Source: a virus (lineage: Duplodnaviria > Caudoviricetes). From it: DNA of 44,335 bases. The stretch lies in IMG/VR virus record IMGVR_UViG_3300049144_000093, positions 1 through 44,335 of that record. The stretch is one strand, 5' to 3'. Shown in pieces: positions 8,548 through 16,613 of this stretch. The notes beneath the pieces were generated by a model. That model was not told the DNA's origin. It was given only the letters and a program-made list of their open reading frames with translations, and did no database searches. Made by a program: the position numbers and the translations under genes. Position 1 is the stretch's first letter; the number at the start of each line of letters is the position of its first letter.

Positions 8548-9077
8548 TGAGCCAGCGGCACAAGGAAGCCCAAGGAGGCCCAACATGGTCAGTCATACGG
8601 AGACGCGCGGCCTTGGCGTCATGCACAGTCGTGCCCCACCGTGAGCGAGTGACAGAGCCATCACAGGACGTGCGCCGCCAGGTCAAGGCAGCCAGGTCCG
8701 CACTCGACCTCACCCAGATGGACCTCGCCCGGAAGGCCCGAGTCTCACGAGGATCCGTACAGAACCTCGAGAACGGCATAACCCTCGACGTCACCACCGA
8801 GTCCAAGATTGAAAAGGCCCTCGGCAAGCCCGTCGGCTGGCTTGATCAAATCCGGGGAAGAGGTGGTGCACGGACGACCACACCACCGCCCGCAGAAGTT
8901 GATCCCTCGCGCGCCACGCTTTCTGATCTTCAGCGCGAGTACACCCACTTCATGGGCCTCCTTGACGCCGCCGAGATGCAGAGACTGTTTCGCCTTCTGG
9001 AGATTTACCACCGACTTCAACTTCAGGAAACTGCTGGTCAGAACGGTGAACGATCACATGCAGAGGGTGAAAATTAG
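8547..9077 (+). CDS. CI-like XRE repressor (start uncertain: 8547, 8631 or 8649)
   Basis: VKAARSALDLTQMDLARKARVSRGSVQNLENG...IEKALG; divergent from cro, upstream of the integrase. Confidence 0.8.
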   Translation: MSQRHKEAQGGPTWSVIRRRAALASCTVVPHRERVTEPSQDVRRQVKAARSALDLTQMDLARKARVSRGSVQNLENGITLDVTTESKIEKALGKPVGWLDQIRGRGGARTTTPPPAEVDPSRATLSDLQREYTHFMGLLDAAEMQRLFRLLEIYHRLQLQETAGQNGERSHAEGEN

Positions 9078-9197
9078 TCCAAGTGGGTCAGTACTTTGTG
9101 ACCGTTCGATATCGACGTCCACAGTAGAGACACGTCTTTGACCGCATACGCGAAAGGCCCCACAGGACAAACCGTTCGACCCCCGGGATATTCGATC

Positions 9198-9506
9198 ATG
9201 ATGCATTTAGTGATGTTCGCTCTGCTGGTCACCTTCGTGATGATCTACGCCGTAGGCCACTGGGTGCTGCGCGAAGTCAACAGGCGTCGCGCATGGGAGG
9301 TCGACGTGGTGGCGACTCGTCACGCATGGGAGGCAGAGGCCACCGCCGACCGAGGTGACATCCGCAAGATCGCGGAGACCGCCCACCGCGAGATCTCCGC
9401 ACACAACGCGATCCTCGAACAGTTCCCATCCACGGCGGACCGCCACCTTCGGATCGTTCAGAACCACGACACCACGCAGCCGGAGCGAAGCTATGGGCGC
9501 GGGTAG
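9198..9506 (+). CDS. Single-pass membrane protein
   Basis: MMHLVMFALLVTFVMIYAVGHWVL TM followed by a helical domain; overlaps the int start; TTG 9138 is an alternative start. Confidence 0.65.
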   Translation: MMHLVMFALLVTFVMIYAVGHWVLREVNRRRAWEVDVVATRHAWEAEATADRGDIRKIAETAHREISAHNAILEQFPSTADRHLRIVQNHDTTQPERSYGRG

Positions 9507-10743
9507 ACCGCGGTTGGACATCGGCACATTCGGAGAGATCCACACCGTCGAGGTCCAGCCGGGGCTATGGGAGGCGCGCGCCCGGTTCCGACTCCGCAAC
9601 GGCCGGATCGTGCGCCCTCGCAAGCGGCGGCCGGGCAAGACGTCCGGACCAGCGGTCCGCGCACTGAAAGCGCACATGGCCACACTGGCGGACGAGGTCT
9701 CCGGCAGGAAGATCAACGGCGACACGCGCTTGAGTCACGTGATGGACTTGTGGCTTGCCGACTTCGCCGAGAAAGTCACGCTGGGCAAGCGCGCGCCGAA
9801 GTCGCTCGAGGAGTACCGGAGCGTGATCAACCGCCATCTGCGTCCGCGCATGGGCGAACTGGCGTGCCGCGAGGCCGAGAACGCCGGACTGGTCGACGAG
9901 ACGCTGAAGGAGATCCGGCGCGACTCGGCCGCCGCAGTCGGCACCCGCGGGAACAAGCGGGGCAAAACCGGCACCGCCGGGATGCTGCGCGCCCGCACCG
10001 TGCTGTCGCACGTGTGCGGGTACGCGGTCCGGCACGGCGCGATGCGTACCAACCCCGTGAAGTCGGCCGAGGCCATCGACCACGACCAGAATGAGATCGT
10101 CGCGCTCGAACCCGAGCAGCGGGCCGACTTCTTCGAGCGGTTCCGCAGATGGATCAGCGAGAAGCTCGAGGGCGAGAACCGGCTGGGCCCGCGCGCCCGC
10201 GCGTGGATCGACCTCGCCGACATCATCGAGGCCGAGCTCGCCACCGGCTGCCGCATCGGTGAGGTGCTCGCACTGACCGGCGACAGCATCGACCTCGCCG
10301 CGCCGAAGGCGGTCGCCGACCACCACCTGGTGCGCGTGACAGGCCAAGGCCTGGTACGGATGCCCAACCGCAAGGGTGGCCGGCCAGCCGTTGAGGCCGC
10401 ACTCCCGTCCTGGTCGTTGCCGATGTGGCGTCGACGCAAACTCGAGTCAGGCGGCGGACCTCTGTTCCCGACCTGGAACGGTCAGTGGCAAGACCCCTCG
10501 AACGTGGGCAAGAGGATCAAGTCGGCATGCGAGGCCATCGGCTACGGATGGGTGTCCTCGCGGATCCTGCGACACACGACCGCGACGCACATCGTGGACT
10601 CGGGACTGACCTCGGCCGACGCGGCCGACGCACTGGGTAACTCCGTGGAGGTGATCGAAGGGAACTACCGTCGCAAGCAGCGGGCGAACCCCCGCGTGGC
10701 CGTTGCCCTGGAGTCGCTGATGGGAGCGCCAGCCGACGGGTAG
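9493..10743 (+). CDS. int: Tyrosine integrase
   Basis: N-terminal arm-binding MGAGRPRLDIGTFGEIH...WEARARFR; ATGCRIGEVLAL; RILRHTTAT; ADALGNS...Y; attP directly downstream. Confidence 0.93.
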   Translation: MGAGRPRLDIGTFGEIHTVEVQPGLWEARARFRLRNGRIVRPRKRRPGKTSGPAVRALKAHMATLADEVSGRKINGDTRLSHVMDLWLADFAEKVTLGKRAPKSLEEYRSVINRHLRPRMGELACREAENAGLVDETLKEIRRDSAAAVGTRGNKRGKTGTAGMLRARTVLSHVCGYAVRHGAMRTNPVKSAEAIDHDQNEIVALEPEQRADFFERFRRWISEKLEGENRLGPRARAWIDLADIIEAELATGCRIGEVLALTGDSIDLAAPKAVADHHLVRVTGQGLVRMPNRKGGRPAVEAALPSWSLPMWRRRKLESGGGPLFPTWNGQWQDPSNVGKRIKSACEAIGYGWVSSRILRHTTATHIVDSGLTSADAADALGNSVEVIEGNYRRKQRANPRVAVALESLMGAPADG

Positions 10744-10754
10744 TGATCGAACTC

Positions 10755-10971
10755 GCGGTCCGGAAATGGTCCATAAACTACCGGACACAACCCCGCCCAA
10801 CACCGTCACCATTCGAACGAACACGCTGGTCACTCGACCAAGAAGGGTTAACACCGTGACTTCCCGTCTACGCTCTGGGTCACAGGTTCGAGTCCTGTCG
10901 GGGGCGCTCTCACCAGCGCATACGCTGGGTTCCACTCGAACCCAGCGTGTCCGATGGTCCGTTTATGGTCC
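10755..10971 (+). other. attP: tRNA 3'-half core flanked by arm-type repeats
   Basis: Core about 10872-10906 GCTCTGGGTC-ACAGG-TTCGAGT-CCTGT-CGGGGGC-G (T-arm plus acceptor 3' strand, possibly tRNA-Arg); (A/G)(T/C)GGTCC pairs at 10755/10766 and 10954/10965. Confidence 0.85.
10922..10948. terminator. Hairpin downstream of the att core
   Basis: ACGCTGGGTTC-CACTC-GAACCCAGCGT, 11-bp stem. Confidence 0.55.
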
Positions 10972-11047
10972 ACTTCTCGCGCTGCTGCCCGCCGGGCTGC
11001 CCGCTGCCAACGCAGCGCGTGGCTACGTCACGATCACACGCCACCCT

Positions 11048-11455
11048 GTGCCCGGCTGGATCGGCGAGACCGTCCGCATCACCGGCCGCGAGCAGCAATA
11101 CCTGACGGCCGTGGGACGCCTCGGCTACCGGGTCAGGGTCCTGCCCAGCGAAGTCGCCCGCGCCAGCCTGCGGGCGAAGCTGCGGGCGACCGGGCTGACC
11201 CAGGCCGCGCTGTCGTGCGCGGCGAAGTGGATCACCGTCGCGGTCGTGGTCATGGGTGCAGCGGTCGGGTTCGGCCACACCGACGCGATCGACCGCGGCA
11301 CCGAGATGTACTACCCCGGCGCCACCGCCGTGCAGTACGCGGACGGGCACTACGTGGTCGACGGCCACACCGTGCCGCTGGATTGCCCCACGCGGGACGC
11401 GTGCCTGACCCAGGACATCGGCGCCGGCATCTGGATCTGGTCGGCGGGCCAGTAG
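11048..11455 (+). CDS. Hypothetical membrane protein (start uncertain)
   Basis: TM WITVAVVVMGAAVGFG then a domain with a Cys pair; followed by a terminator. Confidence 0.55.
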   Translation: MPGWIGETVRITGREQQYLTAVGRLGYRVRVLPSEVARASLRAKLRATGLTQAALSCAAKWITVAVVVMGAAVGFGHTDAIDRGTEMYYPGATAVQYADGHYVVDGHTVPLDCPTRDACLTQDIGAGIWIWSAGQ

Positions 11456-11467
11456 CCCCGCGGCAGG

Positions 11468-11502
11468 CGAGGCCCCCGGGAGTACCGATCCCGGGGGCCT
11501 CG
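11468..11502. terminator. Bidirectional intrinsic terminator
   Basis: CGAGGCCCCCGGGA-7nt-TCCCGGGGGCCTCG between convergent genes. Confidence 0.8.
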
Positions 11503-11523
11503 TCGTCTACTACGTCGGGGGAG

Positions 11524-11712
11524 CTAGCGAGCCAGCCAGCCGTGCCTCACCGCCGCGACCAACGCGGGCACCTCGACCCGCGCCAGGACCGCGCCCGGCT
11601 GCTTGCTGTCCCTCACGGCGTCGAGCTCGGCCGCGATCTCAACGCAGTTGTTCGCGCCCGCGCTCCGGCTCGACCTCCTCCATGCTCTCGCTGTCGTCTC
11701 GGTGACCTCCAT
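11524..11712 (-). CDS. DUF397 domain protein
   Basis: WRRSSRSAGANNCVEIA...VRDSKQPGAVL...LVAAVRHG. Confidence 0.92.
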   Translation of the reverse strand: MEVTETTARAWRRSSRSAGANNCVEIAAELDAVRDSKQPGAVLARVEVPALVAAVRHGWLAR

Positions 11713-11722
11713 CGATCCTCCG

Positions 11723-12541
11723 CTATTCGATACCGATGTGCCTGCGGAGGATCGTTGCAGAGTGGGACTCGTCCATGGCCGCTGACCAGACGTCCTCGAA
11801 CCCGGCCTCGTAGACCGCGACCTCGTCCCGCTCATGGATGTAGGTGGCGTCGGTCAAGCCCTCAATGTAGACGCGGGTGATCTCCGGTGACACCAGCCGG
11901 AGATAGGTGACGCCGACGCCGAGCATGCGGTGCGCGCCCGCCGAGAACGGGACGATCCGGATCGCCACGTTCGGCAGCTGGCCGACGTCGAGCAGGTGTT
12001 GCAGCTGCTCGGCCAGCGCGTCCTCGCCCGCGACCGCCTGGTGCAGCACGGCCTCGCCGAGCAGCACGCGCAGCGACGGCGGATCCTCGCGGGTGAGGAC
12101 GGCGCGGCGAGCGATGCGGTCAGCCACCCTCGCCTCGACCTGTGCGGACCGCGAGGTCGTGAGCACGGCGCGGGCGTACCGCTCGGTCTGGAGCAACGCT
12201 GGAACCAGGTAGCCGTCGTAGTAGCGGATCTCTGCCGCCGCACGCTCGTAGGTCACGTAGGTCTGCGCGAAGTCCGGCAGGCGGCTGGGCGCCTCGCGCT
12301 TGCGCGCAGCGTCGGCCAGCAGGATCAACGTCGCCCGGTCCGCCTTGCCCGCCTGGTACAAGTCGGCGAGACGCTCGATCTCGGTCTTCACCGCGACGCG
12401 GGTGCCGTTCTCGACCCGGTACAGCTTGCCCGCGTACCAGCCCAACTCCTGCTCGACCGCCGCAGGCTTCATCCCCGCGGTCTCCCTGAGACCGCGCAGC
12501 ATCTCGCCGAGCTCGAGTCGCCGCGGGTTCTGCGTGGCCAC
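11723..12541 (-). CDS. XRE HTH - DUF5753 regulator (WhiJ/Scr1-like)
   Basis: RRLELGEMLRGLRETAG...LYRVENG; YERAAAEIRYYDGYLVPALLQTERYARAV...VLLGEAVL...QLQHLL...NVAIRIVPF...VYIEGL. Confidence 0.92.
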   Translation of the reverse strand: MATQNPRRLELGEMLRGLRETAGMKPAAVEQELGWYAGKLYRVENGTRVAVKTEIERLADLYQAGKADRATLILLADAARKREAPSRLPDFAQTYVTYERAAAEIRYYDGYLVPALLQTERYARAVLTTSRSAQVEARVADRIARRAVLTREDPPSLRVLLGEAVLHQAVAGEDALAEQLQHLLDVGQLPNVAIRIVPFSAGAHRMLGVGVTYLRLVSPEITRVYIEGLTDATYIHERDEVAVYEAGFEDVWSAAMDESHSATILRRHIGIE

Positions 12542-12613
12542 GTGGGTCCTCCGAGGTGTCCAACTGTCCGGCAAGCGTCGGCTACATCCTGCCCTGACCG
12601 GGCGCATTCACGC

Positions 12614-12632
12614 ATGTCCCCCATTTGGACAT
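12614..12632. promoter_or_regulatory. Candidate operator in the divergent intergenic region
   Basis: ATGTCC-N7-GGACAT palindrome; related TGTCCAA at 12557. Confidence 0.35.
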
Positions 12633-12793
12633 AGCCAAGTAGCAACTTCCAGTTGTACCGTGCCAACGGGCCAAGGCCGTTTTCGGTTCCTCCGGGTACC
12701 GATGTGCCAGCGGCGGCGGCCCGGGCCGGCAGGCCGCGGTCACACCCGGCCTGCCGGTTCCCCGTACCGATCAACCAGCCGAGGTGAACACCC

Positions 12794-13177
12794 GTGAGCG
12801 GCGACGCCGACGACCGAAACCCGTTCCGCATGGACGTAGTCGACGGCCTCGACCGGGACCGGGACCTCGCGCTCATGGCCCGCGGAGGCAAGGTCATCCT
12901 GTCCAGTACCTCCGGCTACTGGATGATCCAGCTCACCCCGGCGCACGCCCACCACCTCGCTGACGCGATCGCCAACGCAGCCACCGTCGCGGACGTGGAA
13001 GCCCTCGACGGCCTCGACCGCCCCAAGACGATCGAAGTAACCGACGGCAGCGGCGGGTTCGCGATCGTCTCCAGCCCGGCGAACTTCTGGACGATCAAGG
13101 TCACCCAGGCGCAGCGGCCAACCCTCGCCGCCGCCATCCGCGGCGCGGCCCGCCGAGCGACACGGCAGCAGTCGTGA
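12794..13177 (+). CDS. Hypothetical protein made of two tandem ~55-aa repeats
   Basis: DGLDR...ILSS...W.I.LT.A...LA.AI..AA pattern occurs twice; GAGGTG RBS. Confidence 0.7.
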   Translation: MSGDADDRNPFRMDVVDGLDRDRDLALMARGGKVILSSTSGYWMIQLTPAHAHHLADAIANAATVADVEALDGLDRPKTIEVTDGSGGFAIVSSPANFWTIKVTQAQRPTLAAAIRGAARRATRQQS

Positions 13178-13455
13178 CCAGCGCCGCCAGCGGGCAGCCG
13201 AGCGAGCCGCCCACGCCCGCCACCGACGTGGCATGGCGAGTGTCCACACTTCTCACGTCTAACGGTGAGCTACGAGAGAGGCACGCGTTTCCGAGTCTGA
13301 CCGGCGACACCGCGGAAGCACTGTGCGAGCACACCGCACTGACTGCCCGCCTCGAGCCAGATGACCAGAGCGCACACCTGTGCACCTTGTGCTGGCTGTT
13401 CTTCGGCACCGACCTCGCCGACCGGCTCGACAACGGCGAGCGATGGGGGCAGTGA
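13174..13455 (+). CDS. Zinc-finger protein (zf-HC3-like)
   Basis: RHAF...ALCEH...LCTLC; GTGA overlap. Confidence 0.65.
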   Translation: MTSAASGQPSEPPTPATDVAWRVSTLLTSNGELRERHAFPSLTGDTAEALCEHTALTARLEPDDQSAHLCTLCWLFFGTDLADRLDNGERWGQ

Positions 13456-13832
13456 CGCATCCGTCTCAACCGCTGGCGGCTCACGCCACCCGGGCCTACC
13501 GTCCACATCCGGAGGTGGTCCACGTGATCTCGGTGGAGCAGGAGCTGCGGTATCGGCAGCCAGGGACTGCGAGGCTGGCCATCGACTCGGAGGGGAACCG
13601 AGTGGTCCTCGGCGCCGAGGACGTGATCGCCGTCGACCTCGACGAGGTGAACCGTCTGCTCGCCGCCGAGGTGCGCATGCTGCGTCGGCGCGGACTTGTC
13701 ACCGGCGGCGCCGAGCCAGCACCCCTCGAGGAAGCCGCCGACGGCACCCTGACACTCGGCGCCCACCGGTACCGCCTGGTCCGGCGCGACCGGCTGCGGC
13801 CGAGCACCGCCATCTACGAGCGCATCACGTAG
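13452..13832 (+). CDS. Hypothetical protein
   Basis: GTG start in a GTGA overlap; 126 aa. Confidence 0.6.
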   Translation: MTHPSQPLAAHATRAYRPHPEVVHVISVEQELRYRQPGTARLAIDSEGNRVVLGAEDVIAVDLDEVNRLLAAEVRMLRRRGLVTGGAEPAPLEEAADGTLTLGAHRYRLVRRDRLRPSTAIYERIT

Positions 13833-13877
13833 GACCGCTCGCCTCTCAAACCTCGCCCGAACCGCATCCGCCAACCG

Positions 13878-13905
13878 TTGACTATGCAGCACAGTGCTGT
13901 ATAGT
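13878..13905 (+). promoter_or_regulatory. Sigma70-type promoter overlapped by a 25-bp palindromic operator
   Basis: TTGACT-16bp-TATAGT, 7 nt before ATG 13913; ACTATGCAGCAC-A-GTGCTGTATAGT dyad with 1 mismatch. Confidence 0.8.
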
Positions 13906-13912
13906 TAGCGAT

Positions 13913-14224
13913 ATGGAAATCAGCTGGAACACCGCCACCCCGACCGCCATCTCGAACGTCCGCATCGCCGGGACGATCCGGATCGTGCGCGACGGCAAGT
14001 GGGAGTACCGGCTGAACGAGGCCAGCCCGAAGGGCACCTGGTGGGCCAAGAACCTCGAGACCGGCGAACTCGTCCGCACCGGCCACCGGCTGATGACCGA
14101 CGTCAACCGGTTCATGTACGACCTGCACCGCAGCCGCGGCGGCAACCAGGGCTTCACCATCGCCAGCGGCCCGGAGCGCGCCCGATGCGGCCACCAGCGC
14201 CGCCGGGCCGCGGACTTCGCCTGA
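13913..14224 (+). CDS. Hypothetical protein (probably leaderless mRNA)
   Basis: MEISWNTATPTAISNVRIAGTIRIVRDGKWEYRL...; directly after the promoter. Confidence 0.7.
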   Translation: MEISWNTATPTAISNVRIAGTIRIVRDGKWEYRLNEASPKGTWWAKNLETGELVRTGHRLMTDVNRFMYDLHRSRGGNQGFTIASGPERARCGHQRRRAADFA

Positions 14225-14232
14225 CGGGCAAG

Positions 14233-14481
14233 ATGTCCGCCGTGACCGCACGCGAACTCTGGACCACCACGCAGGCCGCCGAGCACTGCGGCGTTCGGCC
14301 CTCCACCTTCAGGGCCTACCGCACCAAGCCCCAGCTGGGTGTGCCCGCCCCGGTGTCGAGCCAGCCGGGCCGCGGCGGACAGGATCTCTTCGACGCCGAC
14401 GAGGTCCGCGCCTGGCACACTGCCCGCCCCGGACGCGGCGCCCGCACCGACCTTCAGGACAGAAACAGGACAGAGCAGTAA
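14233..14481 (+). CDS. MerR/Xis-like HTH DNA-binding protein
   Basis: LWTTTQAAEHCGVRPSTFRAY...P.P...LFDADEVRAWHTARPGRGARTDL. Confidence 0.8.
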   Translation: MSAVTARELWTTTQAAEHCGVRPSTFRAYRTKPQLGVPAPVSSQPGRGGQDLFDADEVRAWHTARPGRGARTDLQDRNRTEQ

Positions 14482-14502
14482 CGCTCACGCCGGAGGGACG
14501 AC

Positions 14503-14919
14503 ATGGTGACTGTGACCTACCAGCAGCCTCCGCACGGTTACCCCCCGGCGACCGGCAAGGCCACCCCCCGGCTTCCGCTCGTCGTCGGCTCGGTCATCGC
14601 AGCTGTGCTCGTGGTCGCCGTGGTGGTGGCCGTCGTGCTGGCCAACAGCGACGGCTCCGACGAGGCCACGCCGCAGCCGATCAGCCGCACCGAACTGGTG
14701 GCCGCGTACACCGACCTCGTGCCTGGTGACTCCACAGCGACCGCCAGCGCGGTCGTGGACCTCGCCAACACCACATGCGAGCAGCTTGATGGGTCGGTGT
14801 CGGTGAACGACCTGATCGCGTCGACCGCTGCGATCTACGGGGGACGCGACGCGGCGCGCGAGGTGCTGCGCGTGCTGGTCTCGTACGGGTGCCCCGGCAA
14901 CCTCGACGTCTTCGAGTAG
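14503..14919 (+). CDS. Membrane-anchored DUF732-like protein
   Basis: TM then LANTTCEQLDG...VLVSYGCP Cys pair; GGAGGG RBS. Confidence 0.7.
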   Translation: MVTVTYQQPPHGYPPATGKATPRLPLVVGSVIAAVLVVAVVVAVVLANSDGSDEATPQPISRTELVAAYTDLVPGDSTATASAVVDLANTTCEQLDGSVSVNDLIASTAAIYGGRDAAREVLRVLVSYGCPGNLDVFE

Positions 14920-14936
14920 CTCACCCTCGGACACGA

Positions 14937-14979
14937 CGAAACGCCCCCGCATCCGTGGGTTGGATGCGGGGGCGTTTCG
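14937..14979. terminator. Bidirectional terminator ending the late operon and the moron
   Basis: Perfect 18-bp stem CGAAACGCCCCCGCATCC / GGATGCGGGGGCGTTTCG. Confidence 0.88.
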
Positions 14980-15001
14980 CGTTCCCGGGAACCGCCGGGC
15001 G

Positions 15002-15289
15002 CTACTCGGCGGCGTCGACCTTGCCGAGCCAGCGCGGGGTGTGCCGGGTGAGCCATCCGACCGCGAACGTGACGAGGCCGGACACGACGGTCACGACCAC
15101 GGTGGTGACCACGACGGCGAGCGGCGCGGGTACGTCACCGCCGTTGAAGGCGTACTGCTGCACGAGGGACAGCACGAACGCCGCCGCCGAGGCCGCCGCC
15201 GCCGAGGTCTTCACCTTGGCCTCGACGACGGGCCCGTTGACAGGCACCAGCTGGCCGGGGATCGGGTTGTGCGGGATGGGCTGCGACAT
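15002..15289 (-). CDS. Holin
   Basis: VEAKVKTSAAAASAAAFVLSLV...VP...VTFAVGWLTRHTPR, 2 TM; next to the endolysin. Confidence 0.8.
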   Translation of the reverse strand: MSQPIPHNPIPGQLVPVNGPVVEAKVKTSAAAASAAAFVLSLVQQYAFNGGDVPAPLAVVVTTVVVTVVSGLVTFAVGWLTRHTPRWLGKVDAAE

Positions 15290-15291
15290 GG

Positions 15292-16257
15292 TCAGCTTCC
15301 TTCCGGGCCGGTGACGTCGATGTCGACGTGCACGGTGGACTCGGCCAGCGCCTCGGTGACGCCGGTCTTCACGGCGGCCTTCACGCCGTCCGCGGTCAGT
15401 TCGTTGTCGCCTGCGGCCAGCAGGTCGGCGAGCTTGTCGATGGCCGCGTTCTGGGCGGTGACGATCGCGCGGGTGCCGGCGGCGAGCTGGCGCTGACCGC
15501 GGAACCAGTGACCGAGAGTGCCGGGCTTCTTGGCCCACGCGTCAAACGCGGTGTTGCCGTCCGCGCCCAGCTTGGTGTTGAGCATGTCCTCGAGCGATGG
15601 CATGTCGTCCTCCTCCTGTCCGCCCAGGAGGGCGGCGAGTTGCGCGCGGGTTCCGCGGTAGGCGTTGGCGTCCAGGGGTTCGTAGCCGGCGACCCGCGTC
15701 GAGCTGGTGAACTGCAGGACGGCGACCGGCAGTCCGCCGTAGCCGTCCCAGTAGTGCGCGGGCACGTCGTCCCACTCGTCGGCCAGCAAGCCGACGACGT
15801 TGTCGGGGTAGCGGCTGGACCACAGCGGCGGCAGCCCGGCCAGGGACGGCGACCCCCACGCGTCCCGCCAGTACCAGCGCGGGACGTAGCTCAGGGGCAC
15901 CCGGTAGCCCGCGGCGCGGAGCCGGGCGATGACGTCGCGGGTGAGCGCGAGCGAGGGCTTCGAGCCGTCGAGCGCGGTCTCGACGTCGGGGATGATCGGC
16001 ACGTCCTTCGGCACGATCCGGGCCACGTGCGCGACGTGTGCGGCCGCCGAGGTGTTGGCGCGGACGAAGCAGTAGGCGGCGACCAGCAGCCCGGCCCGGC
16101 GGGCCTCGGCGAGGTTCGCGGCGAACTCGGGGTCGGTGAAGTTCCCGCCCTCCGTGCCCTTGAGGAACACGAAGTCGATGCCCTCGCGCTTGCAGCGCGC
16201 GAGGTCGAGACCGAGGTCCTGGTGGTGCGAGATGTCCAGCCCGAACGTGACCGTCAT
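15292..16257 (-). CDS. Endolysin, GH25 muramidase
   Basis: FGLDISHHQ...FVFLKGTEG...DPEF...AAYCF...PDVE...LQFTSS...LDAN. Confidence 0.92.
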   Translation of the reverse strand: MTVTFGLDISHHQDLGLDLARCKREGIDFVFLKGTEGGNFTDPEFAANLAEARRAGLLVAAYCFVRANTSAAAHVAHVARIVPKDVPIIPDVETALDGSKPSLALTRDVIARLRAAGYRVPLSYVPRWYWRDAWGSPSLAGLPPLWSSRYPDNVVGLLADEWDDVPAHYWDGYGGLPVAVLQFTSSTRVAGYEPLDANAYRGTRAQLAALLGGQEEDDMPSLEDMLNTKLGADGNTAFDAWAKKPGTLGHWFRGQRQLAAGTRAIVTAQNAAIDKLADLLAAGDNELTADGVKAAVKTGVTEALAESTVHVDIDVTGPEGS

Positions 16258-16613
16258 CGACGTGACCCCTCTCCAGCTCTCCGGTTCTTCCGACCCTTGT
16301 GGAACAGCCACAGGCGCTGCCACGCAACGAACATCGCGACCGCGGCGATGAACAGAAGGAACGCGGCCGACCCCGGCGACTGGTCGTGCAGCGCTTCCCG
16401 GCCAGCGCCGGAGGAGATGTTGATAGCTCCGCGCACGTACAGCAGGGCGAACAGACCGGAGTAGATCACCAGGTGCACTGCGGTTTCGTGCTCCGGTCCG
16501 CGGCGCAGGCGCCACCAGCGGACTGTTGCCGAGTAGTAGATGGGGAACAGCAGTGCAGGGACGGCCCCCAGAACGAGCATGATCAGATACGCGATGAAAA
16601 CCGGCGTGGTCAC
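16254..16613 (-). CDS. 3-TM membrane protein (lysis module)
   Basis: Three hydrophobic helices; ATGA-coupled to the endolysin. Confidence 0.75.
   Translation of the reverse strand: MTTPVFIAYLIMLVLGAVPALLFPIYYSATVRWWRLRRGPEHETAVHLVIYSGLFALLYVRGAINISSGAGREALHDQSPGSAAFLLFIAAVAMFVAWQRLWLFHKGRKNRRAGEGSRR

Noticed and set aside
10860-10910. Possible complete tRNA gene
   Set aside because: Only the variable loop, T-arm and acceptor 3' strand are present; no D-arm or 5' acceptor strand, so it is an att core
10766-11047. 5' extension of the 229-aa ORF across attP (integration-dependent gene splitting)
   Set aside because: The N-terminal part is not protein-like and overlaps att arm sites and a hairpin; a downstream start is more plausible
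12726-12757. GC-rich hairpin in the leader of the divergent operon as a riboswitch or ncRNA
   Set aside because: A single 11-bp stem with no recognisable RNA family features; insufficient support
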